Assembly (NCBI GenBank): GCA_021432655.1
Contig: MU271251.1
Span: 1-64,000 of the forward strand
Length of the DNA stretch: 64,000 bases
Reading direction: 5' to 3'
Source: Atractiella rhizophila
Lineage: Eukaryota
A model generated the notes under the pieces. That model saw only the letters and a list, made by a program, of their open reading frames with translations, had not been told where the DNA came from and made no database searches. Made by a program: the position numbers and the translations under genes. Every line of letters begins with the position of its first letter. Position 1 is the first letter of the stretch. This document shows positions 27,437 through 40,334 of the stretch, one piece after another.

Positions 27437-30400
27437 ATGTCCTCTCCTCTACCTACGGCTTCCGCACCCGATGACGACCTCCTCCAAATCTTCCACGACC
27501 GCCCGTACTCCCGCTTCTCCCTCCCAGCTCCCTTCACTGTCGGTTCCACAAGCACACCCTTACATATCCCAACACTGCAACCATGCATCTTACCCGAACA
27601 GAAGAAGAAGGTCCTGGCCATCAGAGAGGGAGAGTCCGCCAATGTCGTCAGCGAGGTTCAGGCTCATTTGAGGGAGGATCCCTATGGTTCGCTCTGCTTT
27701 CGCTCCACATAATGACTGTACCTTGGTGACTGAAATACCCATGTGATGCAGAATTCCTGAGACAATTAGGTCATTGGGCAACCGGTACTTCCTGGCGGGG
27801 CTTCAATTCGTATGTAGGACAGAAAATATTTTACGAGACCTATTCCGAGGAGCAAATCAGCTTTTTACTAAAATCTGAAGCAGTCAACCGGCGCATAGAC
27901 GCGTTGGTTGAACAGAGAGGAGGTGGGAAGGAAGAAAGGAGAAAACTGAAACGTGAAGCAGAAATGATGATGCGAGGAGTGGTACCGACTATGGATAGCG
28001 TGCCTAGTTTACGGTATGCTTTCTGACCAAAGGAACGGCGATTGATTTCGGTGCATAGCGCGTTTGGAGCGACCGTGAACAATATTTTGGTACGATTATA
28101 CGACCAGGGGTCTGTCTTCCCTCTGTCCTTGTGGTATAAGAAAGTACACTCTCTGACCCAACGAATCTGGGTTTTGACAGAATACACATCTCTCCAACCG
28201 AGTTCCTCGCTTTCCGAAAAGCCGCTATTAAGGCTCAAGACGCACGCCAATCCCTTCTCGTCGTCCCATGCCATAAATCGCATATTGACTATCTAACCGT
28301 TTGTCGTCCTCTCCTCTGCTTACAACCTGCTCTTGAGCCCTGCTTAACGTAAAGATATTGACACTGAGTTGGTAGATATCATTTCTCTTCTTTCGGTTAT
28401 CGCTAGCGCTCCCGCATATCGTTGCCGGCGATAACCTCAACCTTCCTGTCGTCGGGAAGGTCCTTAAAAATTGTGGAGCCATGTTCATACGCCGTTCTTT
28501 CGGGGAGGATACGATGTACAGCACAATCGTTCAGGGTTCGCGCCTTACCTCCCAACTATTCACGCTGAACAGAGTGGTTGACTGATTTGTGCTGAGGCAG
28601 AATACGTCGAGCTCCTCCTTGAACAAGGTCACAATATCGAATGTTTCATTGAAGGCACACGTTCACGGACAGGGAAGCTCCTGCCTCCGAAGTTGGGGAT
28701 ATTGAAATATGTCCTTGACGCCTTGGTTAAAGGTCGAGCAAGCGACGTCTGGATTGCTCCAATCAGGTCCGTCGTTGTCTCTTCTCCTTATAGAAGCAGA
28801 CATAAACCTCGAAGCCAATTTGTGGTAACAGCGTCCAGTACGACAAAATCATTGAAACTGAATCTTACGTCAACGAGCTCCTCGGCAACCCGAAGGAGAA
28901 AGAGTCTCTCTGGGGACTCGTCACAAATACACGAATTCTTCAGCTGAAAAACGGACGTATAGACGTCCGATTCAACGAGCCCTTCTCCCTCCGTCTCTTT
29001 GTCGAAGACCAACTGCGCCGTCGCTCGTCCGAGCCTGATAGTCCTGATCGAATAGATGTTTCCGAGCTGATGAGAGAGGATCGTCTCGCGGAGGGTCAAC
29101 GCAAGATTACTGTGCTCCGCGCGTTGGGATATCGCATCCTCAGTGATATCAATAAAGCTGCCGTCATTATGCCTGCGTCGCTGGTTGGGACTGTGGTGCT
29201 AACTTTGAGAGGCAGGGTATGTCACCACATCTTGTTTGACTCTTCAAGGGATTACTGATATGGTATGGGCTAAAGGGAGTCGGAAAGAATGAGCTAATCC
29301 GGCGCGTGGATTGGCTGAGGAAGGCAATCATCTCCAAAGGCGGCAGAGTGGCGGATTTCGCAGGAATGACTTTAGAGGAAGGTCTGTCTTTTACCTTGTG
29401 CCGAAAGACACTGGGTTGATGGATTCCAACCGGATGAATAGTGGTGGAGCGCTCTTTACTAGTCATGAAAGACCTCATAGGTACACACAAAGACCTCGTC
29501 GAGTCGACTTACTACGCTGCGAAGAGGTTCGAGCTTTCGTTCTACAGAAATCAGGTGATACATTTATTTGTTTCGGAAGGTAACACGTTCCCCTACCAAA
29601 TTCAAAGCATGTCTTTTAAATTCAGGTGTGGTATTATGACAGCGATCTTCTCCGCCACACTCTACACGCGTGTCAAACAAGGCGGTGAACACCCAAATCA
29701 ACGAATGCAGGTCAACGAGATGGTGGAAGAATTGGATTTTCTTTCAAGGCTTTTGAAGAACGAGTTTGTCTATGAAACGGAAGGCTTGGAGGCCAACGCC
29801 CGTGGAACGATTGAACGTCTCGAGGTCCGAGTTTCTTCTTCTCCTTTAAGAGACAACGATGCTGATATGTTGGAGCACAGCGGGACGGCGTTATTGCTGT
29901 CGAGAACGATCTAGTTGGTCTGTCAACCAAGGAGAGGAGCATTGGACGAGAAAATTTTGGCACGTCTCTCTTTTTGTCTCGCTTGAAAACTGAGCTTACT
30001 GGCGTATAGACTTTTATTGCTTTCTAAGTGCCTCTTTTCGTTCTCCACTAGAGCTCGTCTGACTTCTTTCGTAGTGTGGCCTTTCATCGAGACTTACTGG
30101 ATTGCGTGTAAGTCTTAGACGTTGTCCTTCGTCTGTTCTGACAACGCTTTCTTAATAGCTGTTAGCCTCTTCGCTCTCACCCCTCCACGCAATGCACCAA
30201 AGAACCAGCTGTTTTGGGTGAACGAGAAGCAGTTTCAAGCTCAAGCACAACTATTTGGGAAGACTCTCTTTTACCAGGGAGATGTCTCCTACCTGGAAGC
30301 TATAAACCAAGCGACGCTTTCGAATGCTTTTGAACGGCTTTTCCAGCTTGGGCTTACCCAAACCCGACGCTCCAAATCGGGCAAGTCGATTCCTCTTCTT

Positions 30401-30675
30401 GCTCTCAACCCCGAATATTTTCCTTCGAGGACACAAGATGGAGGTATATTAGCGGAAGGAAAGCTATGGGACTTTCTCGAAAGATTAGGTGCTTTCAGGA
30501 GAGAAGGCAAGAACAGGAGGGATAATTCAACTGGTAATTTATTTGCTATTCCTTCTGATCCATCTCTTACTTCTTTGCTCCAGTGTCAACGAGAGTACTG
30601 GCCCTTGCTGACGGGCTGCATCCTCCGGTCGTTGAACAGACAGCTATTCGGGGTCCGTTAGCTGTGAAGCTGTAA
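27437..30675 (+). CDS. Glycerol-3-phosphate / dihydroxyacetone-phosphate acyltransferase (GPAT/DHAPAT family)
   Basis: PCHKSHIDYL (HX4D), AGDNL, FIRRSF, FIEGTRSRTGKLLPPK, YRNQVIHLF; spliced C-terminus ...PLAVKL*. Confidence 0.9.
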
Positions 30676-30821
30676 AGTGTGGGATTGTATTTATTGCTTT
30701 CACGTCACTCACGGCGCGCATTGATATTTTCGGGCAACTCGTTTTAAATAAATCAAAATTCGTCTCTATAAGAAATCTTTTAGATACTGAGGAGTAATTC
30801 TCCAAGTCTACATTTATCCCC

Positions 30822-33066
30822 TCAGTTTTCATCTTCCGTTGTCGCACATTCACGAGCTTCTCTGGATTCACGTTCCTCCTTGAACGTTCCAGGAAGGGGG
30901 TATTCCTTGATTGGTAGAGTGCAGAGGAAGCAGATGAACGTCAAGGCAGCGTTGAAGATGAAGACCGCTCTCAGGCCTGCACGATAGCTGAGTATTGCGT
31001 CTAGTTGGATATCTGGCTCTAGTTCGCGAACGATAGACGAGCGATGACGGATCTCTTCGATGAGATCTTCTGCCCCTGGCCCATGGATCCGTTGACGCAG
31101 TTGAGCTGTCAATACGGACTGCATAAGACTGCTGCTCAATGCAACACCTACGACTTGGCCAGTGTAACGGAATAGATAGGTGATGCCAGTAGCGACGGCG
31201 ATTTCTGAGCATCATCCAGGTTACACCATTCTGTGAATCTGAGAGGCAGAACATACGGCTACGGTCTACGCTCGCGATGAGAGCAATTAGAGTGCTGGTG
31301 ATGATAGTTGAAAATCCCAGTCCTTATTTGACAGATGTCAATTAAAGCAAGTATACCAAGGTTACTCACCTGAAGGACATATGGCTATCCAAGTGAGCCA
31401 CCCTGGAGAGTCCCTGTTCATAGTGGACATGATAGCTAGTCCGATTGGAGAAAGGATGGCAGCGATTACTGTCAAACGATAGTATCTCCCTGTGTGACGC
31501 ATGTACTGAAACCAGTCAAGTAAAATTACGACAGAAAGGTAAACCTACCCAACCAGCGAAGAGGCTGCCGATGGAAAGACACGGTGAATTCACGAGTAAA
31601 TGCAAGCCAGCAGTCGCAGAATTCGTCAGCAGGACCTATGTTCGCCGTATCAAGAGCTTCACATGCGGACTAAGGAACGGTGCTCACAGTCTCAAAGAAG
31701 TACGGCCAAAAGTACAAAACAGAAAATGCGCCCATTGATGTGATGAAATTCGTCAAAGCAATGCAGATACCGTTTCGAGTATTGAGCTGGATCCGTCTTT
31801 CAGTACTCGTAGTCAACGGGAGGAATTCGTACGATAGTAAGTGGCATGACGGGCTCGGCGCTCACGCAAGTCTCGACGTAAATAAACAGGGAAATGGCGA
31901 CACCAAAGACGATCAGGAAGGACCAAACTTTTGGATCGCTCCACTTTTCCCCGTGTTAAAGCAGCAGGCGTCTGAGAGAGGAAAGCGCACAGGGAGAAGC
32001 TCGTTATTTTTGAAGCTGAGAGAAATGAGCAAGCTTCCGATGCTGACGATCAAAGTCAGACTTCCGAGATAGTCAATGCGCTTGATCATCTCCTTTTTGC
32101 TCTTGCCTTGTCCTGGGATTTTGTACTTGACGAAGGTAGAGACAAGTATGAAGGCAGCCAGGAGGACTGGCAGTTGAATTATGAATGCCCATCTCCAGCC
32201 AATGGTATCAGCTAAAAATGATGTTAATGAGCTTTTTGTTGCACAATGAGAAACGGCATCACCAATGAATCCGCCTAACGGCCCACCAAGACCAGCTCCT
32301 GCACCGAACAGTATGTTCGTGACACCTTGTATGAACCCTCGCTTCCGAAGGGGGAAGAGATCAGAAGCAATGATGCTAACACACTGTCGGACACTAACGC
32401 GACAGACAATGAACGAAATACCTAGAAGTTGTCATGATTCCACCACCCCCGAGCCCGGCAGCGAGTCTAGCGACGATAAGCTATTGACTTCGGTAAGCAC
32501 TCCTGAAGCACGCCATCAATGGCACAAACAAATGTCATGCTCGGGGCGAATCCACAGGCAGCGGTTCCAATCGTGAACCAGCTGAGGGCTGTGAGGACTG
32601 CAAATCTTCTGCCTGCGATATCACAAAGTCTTCCGTAAATTGGAGTAAAAGTTGCGACAGCTGCCGATGAGTCAGCGAAGCTCCAGCAGTCCAAAGAAAA
32701 TCAGTACTCAGAAGATACGATGTCCCAAGCCATGACGATTGATGGGAGGAGTTAAACGAAGATGAAATCGAAGAAACCAAAGTCGCTACTATCGTAGTAT
32801 CCAACGCCTGCCCACGAATTGCCATCAGCTGGTCCAAACATGGCGTTCTTTCAGATACCCACACCAAGAAAAACGCCACTGTCATAACAAGCATCAACTA
32901 ACTGAGAAGACTTTGAAGAAGAGAGTATTTACCACCACACAGCGCTGAGAATCACCCATGCCTTTGGATTGTTGTCTGGATCTTGTGCTGCTGGTGGCAC
33001 ATCCTTGATATCCTCGTCCTCTCTGCGATTTTCTTGCAGAAGGGGCGTCCTCTCATCTCCAGCCAT
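30822..33066 (-). CDS. MFS transporter, DHA2/Vba-like (probably vacuolar)
   Basis: MAGDERTPLL N-terminus, ALDTTIVATL, WLGTSYLL, PIYGRLCDIAGRR, multiple TM segments. Confidence 0.88.
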
Positions 33067-33303
33067 GCTTTGACAAGGTCGGTACTGTAAGGGTTTTCTT
33101 GTTCTTATAGGAGCCTGAGAGCCAGAGCGGCAACAACGGAAAGGACTGAAAGGAGAGGCTAAATTACAAATTCAAATCCGATCACGTTCACTTCCAAAAG
33201 AGGCAAGCGCGGAAGCTAATTCAGAACAGTTCAAGCAATTGCACCATATTCATGCCAAACTAATACAAGTACAGGAAACACAGCAAGAAATATAATTCAA
33301 GAC

Positions 33304-35987
33304 TCAGTCGACGTGGATGAATATTGGTCCAACTAAAGAAACAGCTGTCGTGTTCCCACGTGGACGGAGGGGATCATCCGGGTTAGCGATCCAATACGAA
33401 TACCCTTCGCCTTTTGCAGAACCCCAACCTATTGCTGCATTAGAACCTTCTTATATGGTCGAGTGTGGGACGTACTGCGGCGATAGGACCAAGTTGACTC
33501 CCGAACTCGTCCTTCATCATCCTGTATTCCGTTTTTCGGAAGGGTGACATCGATAGTTCCTTGTGTAACAGCAGCCTGCAAAAGAAAGCATAAGCTTAAG
33601 CTGGGAGTGGAATGTCAGTCTGTGTACGCACCAACCAGGTACCCTCCCATTCCTTAACATGCTTCACGTCGATACGCCCTGCCGCAGACCCAAGTGTGGT
33701 TTCAAGAACCTTGCGTCTTGGCTGAGCGCTATACGAAAGGTCGATGTTCCCAGAGACGACCGATATATTCACAGTTGCTGGTTGGAACAACGAGATAGCA
33801 TGGTCTACGAAGATCTAGTTAAGAAGAGTGAAACAACCAAAACAGTTTGAATACGCACTTTCCCAAATACCGAGATTGAGCGTAACGTCTCCACTGGCTG
33901 TCGCAGCCAAAACAGATTCGCTAAAGCTAACATCTTGACCGTGAATTGACCCTGCGGCGCTAGCGACGGACAATGCAGAAGCATTCAAAGACGTCAAATC
34001 AATTGTCCCAACAGCGCTCCCAAACTCGGCGGTCTCCACGAGCAAACTCTTTGGAAGGTCCACATCAGCAGTCATGACGAACTGACTCGTAATCGAGAAT
34101 GCATTGAGTTTCTTGAGAGAGGAAGCGATGCTGATTTCGGTAGAGAACGTCAGACCGAGGTGTCCGGTTTTCACGGGATGATTCCGTGGTAAGTTCTTTG
34201 GAGAATACAGCAACAATCCTCTGTGCGCTCCACCCTTCGACGACGCCGCAGCGGTGTTGACGAGGCAAACGTGGACAAGATCCAAGGTCAAATTTTCCTC
34301 CTCCTCATCCCACGATGCGGAGTGATCTCCATGACTATGCGTAAAGCGAGGGTACATCTGGACCCGAACGAGGTGTGTCTTCTTGGAAGTAGCCGAAGGA
34401 GACAAGTAGGGGAGGGGGAAAGAGAGCGGAATCGGGCTTGAATGAAGCTCGGCTGATGACGCTGCAATGGGATGACTATCTTCAGTATTGGCGGTGACGG
34501 CAGCGCGGGACAACGATCCATTGGCTAAAAAGAAAAGTCCATCGACCTCGTCTTGCAATGAGATATCAAAGGTGAGCGTGCGACTGAACCAAGATGGCAG
34601 CTGTGGTTCGTTCCCTCTGTTCAGCTTTTCATTCTTCGGGTCGGGAATTGCCTGCTTGAGTTTTTCCCAATCCTTCTTGATCCCATCGAGGACTTCCTTT
34701 CCGATTCTGGGGAGAGGAATCGATGGCCAACCTTGAAGATCGTTATCGACAAAAGAATCTATATCTACGACGTCGTGCTCTTCAAAGCCTTTCTCGACAT
34801 AATAATCGATGATATCTTTGTATGATTTACCGTTTCCGTCAAAAGGTTTTGAAGTCGGTTTCATCCATTCGCGATACAGTCGACAGTCGCTCTTCGCCGG
34901 CTCGCCAGGAACGAGTGGAGTTGGAACTTTTGGCATCTAATACATGTGTTAAGATCGTGCGTGATTGCTTGGGAGGGTCACTTACCGATATTGGAGGCTT
35001 GGCCAAATTATCTCGATGACCAATATAGAGGTTGACCTCAGCCATCCATCCCAGGATGGCGCCAAAGAAGATATAGAGAAGGAGTCCCCAAAGGAGTGCG
35101 CCACAGAATCTGAAACAGAATACATGTTAGTACCCAGTCCCAAAGTGGCTTTCGAAAAGAATATCCCGCAAAATCTGCAACTAATAATCCTCCACAAATT
35201 ATTGGAACAACCTAGGGAACAAACATGAAGCATCCACAATGCACTAGTATGAACTCATACTCCCAAGGGTGCCACATGCTTATTTATAGATGAGGTCTTG
35301 ATGGATGCCGAACTTTCGTCGGATTTAGGACTTTTGCGCGCATACCAATGAACTCTTCCTTGATGAATATGGGCAGTATGACACTAAACCAAACAGATGC
35401 CCACCATGAAAGCATATGTATTCGTGTTCATGGTCATTTCTTGCCTTTCTTGTCTAGATTAAATAGTCCTTTTCGATTCAAACTTGAATAATCTTGGAAA
35501 AGGGGCAAATAAACGAAAGATAGATATGCAAACCAGTACAGTGTAAGAAAATAACGCGCTAGCCTAGTGCCCACTGTCTTGGGCCAAGCACTGACTCTGA
35601 ACTGGTATTTCTAGACAGCGACTTTGAGCCCTGGCATTATTGGGACACCGATCAAGCATCCACATGGATCAACAGCAGGCTCCATGCAATCCAAAATGCA
35701 AACCAACAACCGCACTTTCGACACAAAGAAAAGACATACCTCTGCCTAGCTCTTTTCTTCGCCTCATTCCTCCACTGCTCCCTCCGATCCCCAAACACGG
35801 TCCTTTCTCCCGCCTCCAACCTACCCCCTCCTCCTGAAGCAGCCGTCGCATACGAGTTATACAGCCTTGGACTCCCATGCACGTAATATTGAGGTCCAGA
35901 CTGGTTTGAGTGGGTCGACTGGTACGGAGCTGAAGCGGTGGAGGCCATGTAAGCGGGCGGCTGGGCTTTGGAGTCCGTCAGATGCAT
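33304..35987 (-). CDS. Uncharacterised single-pass membrane-anchored protein with beta-rich C-terminal region
   Basis: Exon 1 (MHLTDSK...KKRARQR) splices across a 630-nt intron (35739-35110) to FCGALLWGLLLYIFFGAILGW, a TM helix; then the 373-aa ORF 33815-34936 with repeated S/A-x-G-x-I/V units; ends PIFIHVD*. Confidence 0.65.
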
Positions 35988-36610
35988 TATTTTGCGTGGA
36001 CAAAACTCGAAAAGGAAGGAAGAGAGCCACCATGAGGGACACTCTTATAAAATTTGACGGCGGATGTCAACAGTGTGGGAGTCATGGTCCTCCCACTCGC
36101 ATGGTGGGTGCCTACATGCTGAGCTCCACACATCGTCCGGAACCACTACTCGGATATGTAAGGATGAGAGGGAGACATACAGAAGAGAGAGGTAGTTTCA
36201 TCCGCATCAGTCCCAGAGACTACGGTGCCCGATCTTGTGCCATAGTGTGAGCCTGAAGCGGAAGAGGGAGGGATGGTGGCGGATGGCAGGGGGGGAGAGT
36301 TGGCCTCGGTTTCTTTGGTGTGAGGATCATGGCATGCTTCTCCTGCTCGCACTGCTGTTGCAAGCCGCGGTAAAAGGATGCTGGTGCTGCAAAAGCTGGA
36401 TGGGTCGACGTTCGTCAGTCGATCCCAAATGCGATATCAAATTCCTTCGGCTTTTACAACCAGAACTCCGAAAAACACGTACGTACGACGTGTTGGTGTA
36501 TGTGGCGACGTGGAGCAGACGACAGAGAAAAGTAACCACGTCGCTCTCTTTTCTTCCTCCATCTCATCACATTATCGGTACAAATTATCTGGTCAGGCAT
36601 CTAGTACATC

Positions 36611-38474
36611 ATGTCGTGTGAGTATTTATTCTACCTGAGCAAGAGAAATAGCTGAGCATGGATTGTTCTAGTCCGGTTTCTGCACTTGGGTAAGCTTCAA
36701 CTTCGAACATTCAGCGTGGAAGGTTGATTCATGGGACGTATGAAAAGTGCGACCTTTTATGTCCATCCTCCCCGAGGTTTCCTCGCCGGAGCGAAAGATT
36801 CCTTTCCAGTCAAAGGTGTGTCTTTTCTCCATTGCATGGAAGGCGAAAAAGTGGTGTGACTTGGGTTGGGTATCAAAAGGTGTTGTGGACCGCCGTCACC
36901 CTCCTCATCTACCTCGTATGCTCCCAAATTCCCCTTTACGGAATCGTCAGTTCCGATTCTTCAGGTTCGTCTCTTCCAGCGTGTCACTTAGTTACGACGC
37001 TGACCCGTCGCTTGGTGGTGGACAGATCCTCTATATTGGATGCGTGTCATTCTCGCTTCTAACCGTGGAACCCTCATGGAACTCGGAATATCCCCTATCG
37101 TCACCTCAGGAATGATCATGCAGTTATTGGCCGGATCCAACTTGATCGAGGTCGACTTCTCACTGAAGGAAGACCGCGCCTTGTTCTCTGGTGCTCAAAA
37201 GCGTGCGTCCTTATCTTCTTCTTGCACGCAGCGCCATGACTGAGGGGTTGGAATTTCCAGTGTTCGCCCTCATCATTTCTTTCGGACAAGCAACCGTCTA
37301 CGTGCTCACCGGGCTCTACGGCCAGCCCTCCGACCTTGGAGCTGGAGTGTGTCTCCTCCTCATCCTCCAGCTCATCGTCGCCGGACTTCTCGTTATTCTT
37401 CTCGACGAACTCCTTCAAAAGGGCTACGGTCTCGGCAGCGGTATCTCACTCTTCATTGCCACCAACATCTGCGAGTCGATTGTCTGGAAGGCGTTCAGCC
37501 CTACCACCGTCAACACTGGACGTGGCCCCGAATTTGAAGGAGCACTCATCGCACTCTTCCACCTCTTCTTTACTTGGAACGATAAGTCCCGTGCACTCAA
37601 AGAGGCTTTCTACCGAGACCGTCTTCCCAACGTCATGAATCTTCTCGCCACCTTGGTCGTGTTCGGCGTCGTCATTTACCTTCAAGGATTTAGGATTGAG
37701 ATTCCCGTCAAGAGCAACAAGTTCAGAGGCGGAAGGGGAACTTACCCAGTCAAACTCTTCTATACCTCTAACATGCCCATCATGCTTGAAAGCGCCTTGA
37801 CCAGCAACATCTTCATCCTCTCTCAAATGCTCTGGAACAGGTTCCCCGATAACCTCCTCGTCCGCCTTCTCGGTGTTTGGGAGGTTTGTCTTCCTCTCAT
37901 CACCCTTTCCTTACAGTTACTAACAATGCGACAGCCTCTGGAAGACGGATCGTCTCAACTGACAGCCACCTCCGGAGTCGCCTACTACATGACCCCACCG
38001 CACACCATCAAATCGGCCGTCCTCGACCCGCTCCACACCCTGATCTACATCACCTTCATGCTCTCCGCCTGCGCTCTCTTCTCCAAAACCTGGATCGAAG
38101 TCTCCGGCAGCGGTCCTCGAGACGTGGCGAAACAATTGAAGGACCAACAACTCGTCATGGCCGGACATAGGGAGGGATCGATGTACAAGGAACTGAAGAG
38201 AGTCATCCCTACCGCTGCCGCTTTTGGTGGAGCTATCATTGGTGCGCTTTCGGTTTGTGCGGATCTTATGGGAGCCCTTGGAAGCGGAACTGGTATTCTT
38301 TTGGCGGTTACTATCATTTATGGATACTTTGAGATGGCTGTTAAGGTTCGCATTTCTCTCTGCACCTATTTCCTCTTTGTGTCGAAAGACGAGACACTGA
38401 CTTTCCTGCGTCGTGTGTAGGAGGGATACTCTGGAATGCAAGGAGCTGAAGGTATTCAAGATCTTATCAACTAG
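36611..38474 (+). CDS. SEC61: Protein translocon subunit Sec61 alpha
   Basis: Micro-exons give [72 protein letters not shown]. Confidence 0.97.
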
Positions 38475-38765
38475 TTCAATCGAAGCGAGGAGAGGGAGCA
38501 AGGGAGAGGAACAAAAGTTCCTTTGTGAGGGGGAGAAGGGAAGATGCAGGTCATTGGGTTGACGGTGCGGTGGTAGAGGGAGCGAGTGTATGAGGACAAA
38601 AAGTAGGGATCGCCCTATTAATGCATAATCCTATTCTCGGTTTCAAAACTTCATGGCCATCGCCAGATGTAGAAAGTCCGGCGTTGTTACATTCTTCGCT
38701 TTATTTCAAGGTATCAAGTTAAGCTGTTTACACCTGGACTGGGGTATCATATCTTCACAGACAGG

Positions 38766-40014
38766 CTATTCCAGCTTCCAAATATCCACCTCTCCCCAGT
38801 TTATCAGTTTTCTCGGCTTTAGTCCCATGTCTTCAGCCAAGTCAAAGAGCTTGTCGTCGCCTTCCGTCCGATGCCGATAAGCAATGAGTCCGAACCCTTT
38901 TCCCTTTTCTTCTTCTTGATCTTCTGGATGCAGAATCGATTTTATCGTCTCCAGAAGAGGTTGATGATAGTCGGGGTTGTATTGCACATCGCTGGCCAGA
39001 ATAATCGGGGTCCAACCTGGAAACACGAATTCTCTCCTCTTCTCTGGAGTTAGAGCCCCCCATGATAGAGGACGGGCGATGGTGTTTAACGCTTCGTGAT
39101 CTTCTGGAATATGGGAGTTGGTCCATCGATTGTAAGAGGCGAACTCGTCCACCGTCTCCTGTTCATCAGTGCAGAACACCTTTCCTGTCCGTTGCTCCTT
39201 CTCAAGCACGTGGGAGGCCACAATTCCCAATAGTCCACAACCACAGCCGAGCTCAATAACGGAGAGTGGACCGGGAGAAGGTGAGGGATAAAGGAGGGAA
39301 GGGTTTGAAAGCAAATGTAAGGATAGCACGATGGCGCCATCCCAGATTTTTGAGCCTGTAGAAACGGCGTGATGAATCTTCTCTTCGAAAAGGAGCATGG
39401 ATGGAGGGCTTGTAAGATCCCGAAAGAGTTTGAAGTGGCATTGGACTGTTGCGATCGAGAGGAGTCGAAGAGGTGAGCGGGATTAATTCATGGTGAGGAA
39501 GTGAGGAAGGGGAAAGCGGACCTTTCTCTTTTGATGTCGTTTCCGCATTGAGAGAAAAAGGAGCTGAATAAGTGCTCAATATCGCATACTCCTCGTCGTT
39601 ATCCTCGGGAGAAGTAACGAAAGCCGTATCAGGTACGAATTTGTTCAACTCTACGAAGGCATTGGGTGGCTTGGATGTCGAGTTCGATAAAGCAACCACC
39701 TTCAAGCAGACTTCCTTCCAGTCCATGTCGATTCTCCCCTGCCTCTGTGCAAAGACATTGAAGCTAATCGTTACAGGCACCTCCGGTTTATGAAGGTGTT
39801 GGACCTCGAATTGGGAAGGAGAGATTTGAACATTTGTAAATGGTGCTTCGCCATGGATTCGAAGTGAGATCAGCGACAGGGTGATGGTGATAGGAAAGGG
39901 GAGGTGTTGTACAGTCCCATAGTCATCACAAAGGCAGAAGGAGAGATCAAGAGGAGAGGAGAGAGAAACTGCTTGAGGAGGGAGGCGCACGAAACGAAGA
40001 CGCAAGAGCTTCAT
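38766..40014 (-). CDS. Family-16 (METTL21/Efm-like) protein methyltransferase with N-terminal extension
   Basis: TGSKIWDGA, VIELGCGCGLLG, CTD, LSWG, ILASDVQY; two ORFs joined by an intron at ~39447-39521. Confidence 0.85.
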
Positions 40015-40334
40015 TTGGCAACTCCCAGAGATGTAGAATATGCGTGAGAGAGTATGTGGTGATGCCCCCTTGTCCACAAAGTCCAAATTAAGGACTCAAT
40101 ATCACGCCATGTTACTGTGCTAAAGTTGAAATTATAACCTTATTACTTTGACATTGTTCTTTGAAACTTCTTTCCTTGCTTCCGCATATTCCTGCGAAAG
40201 CTATGCTGGCTATATGGCTTCCATCCCAGATGTTGAAAGAAGTCAAGATACAGTATTCGTAGATGTTCCCACTATGAATTATATACACATATTTCAACTT
40301 GCGTTCATACACACTCCCCATCATTTCGGGCATT

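Noticed and set aside
39253..39521. Programmed frameshift between two overlapping methyltransferase ORFs
   Set aside because: A GT-AG intron at ~39447-39521 joins the frames
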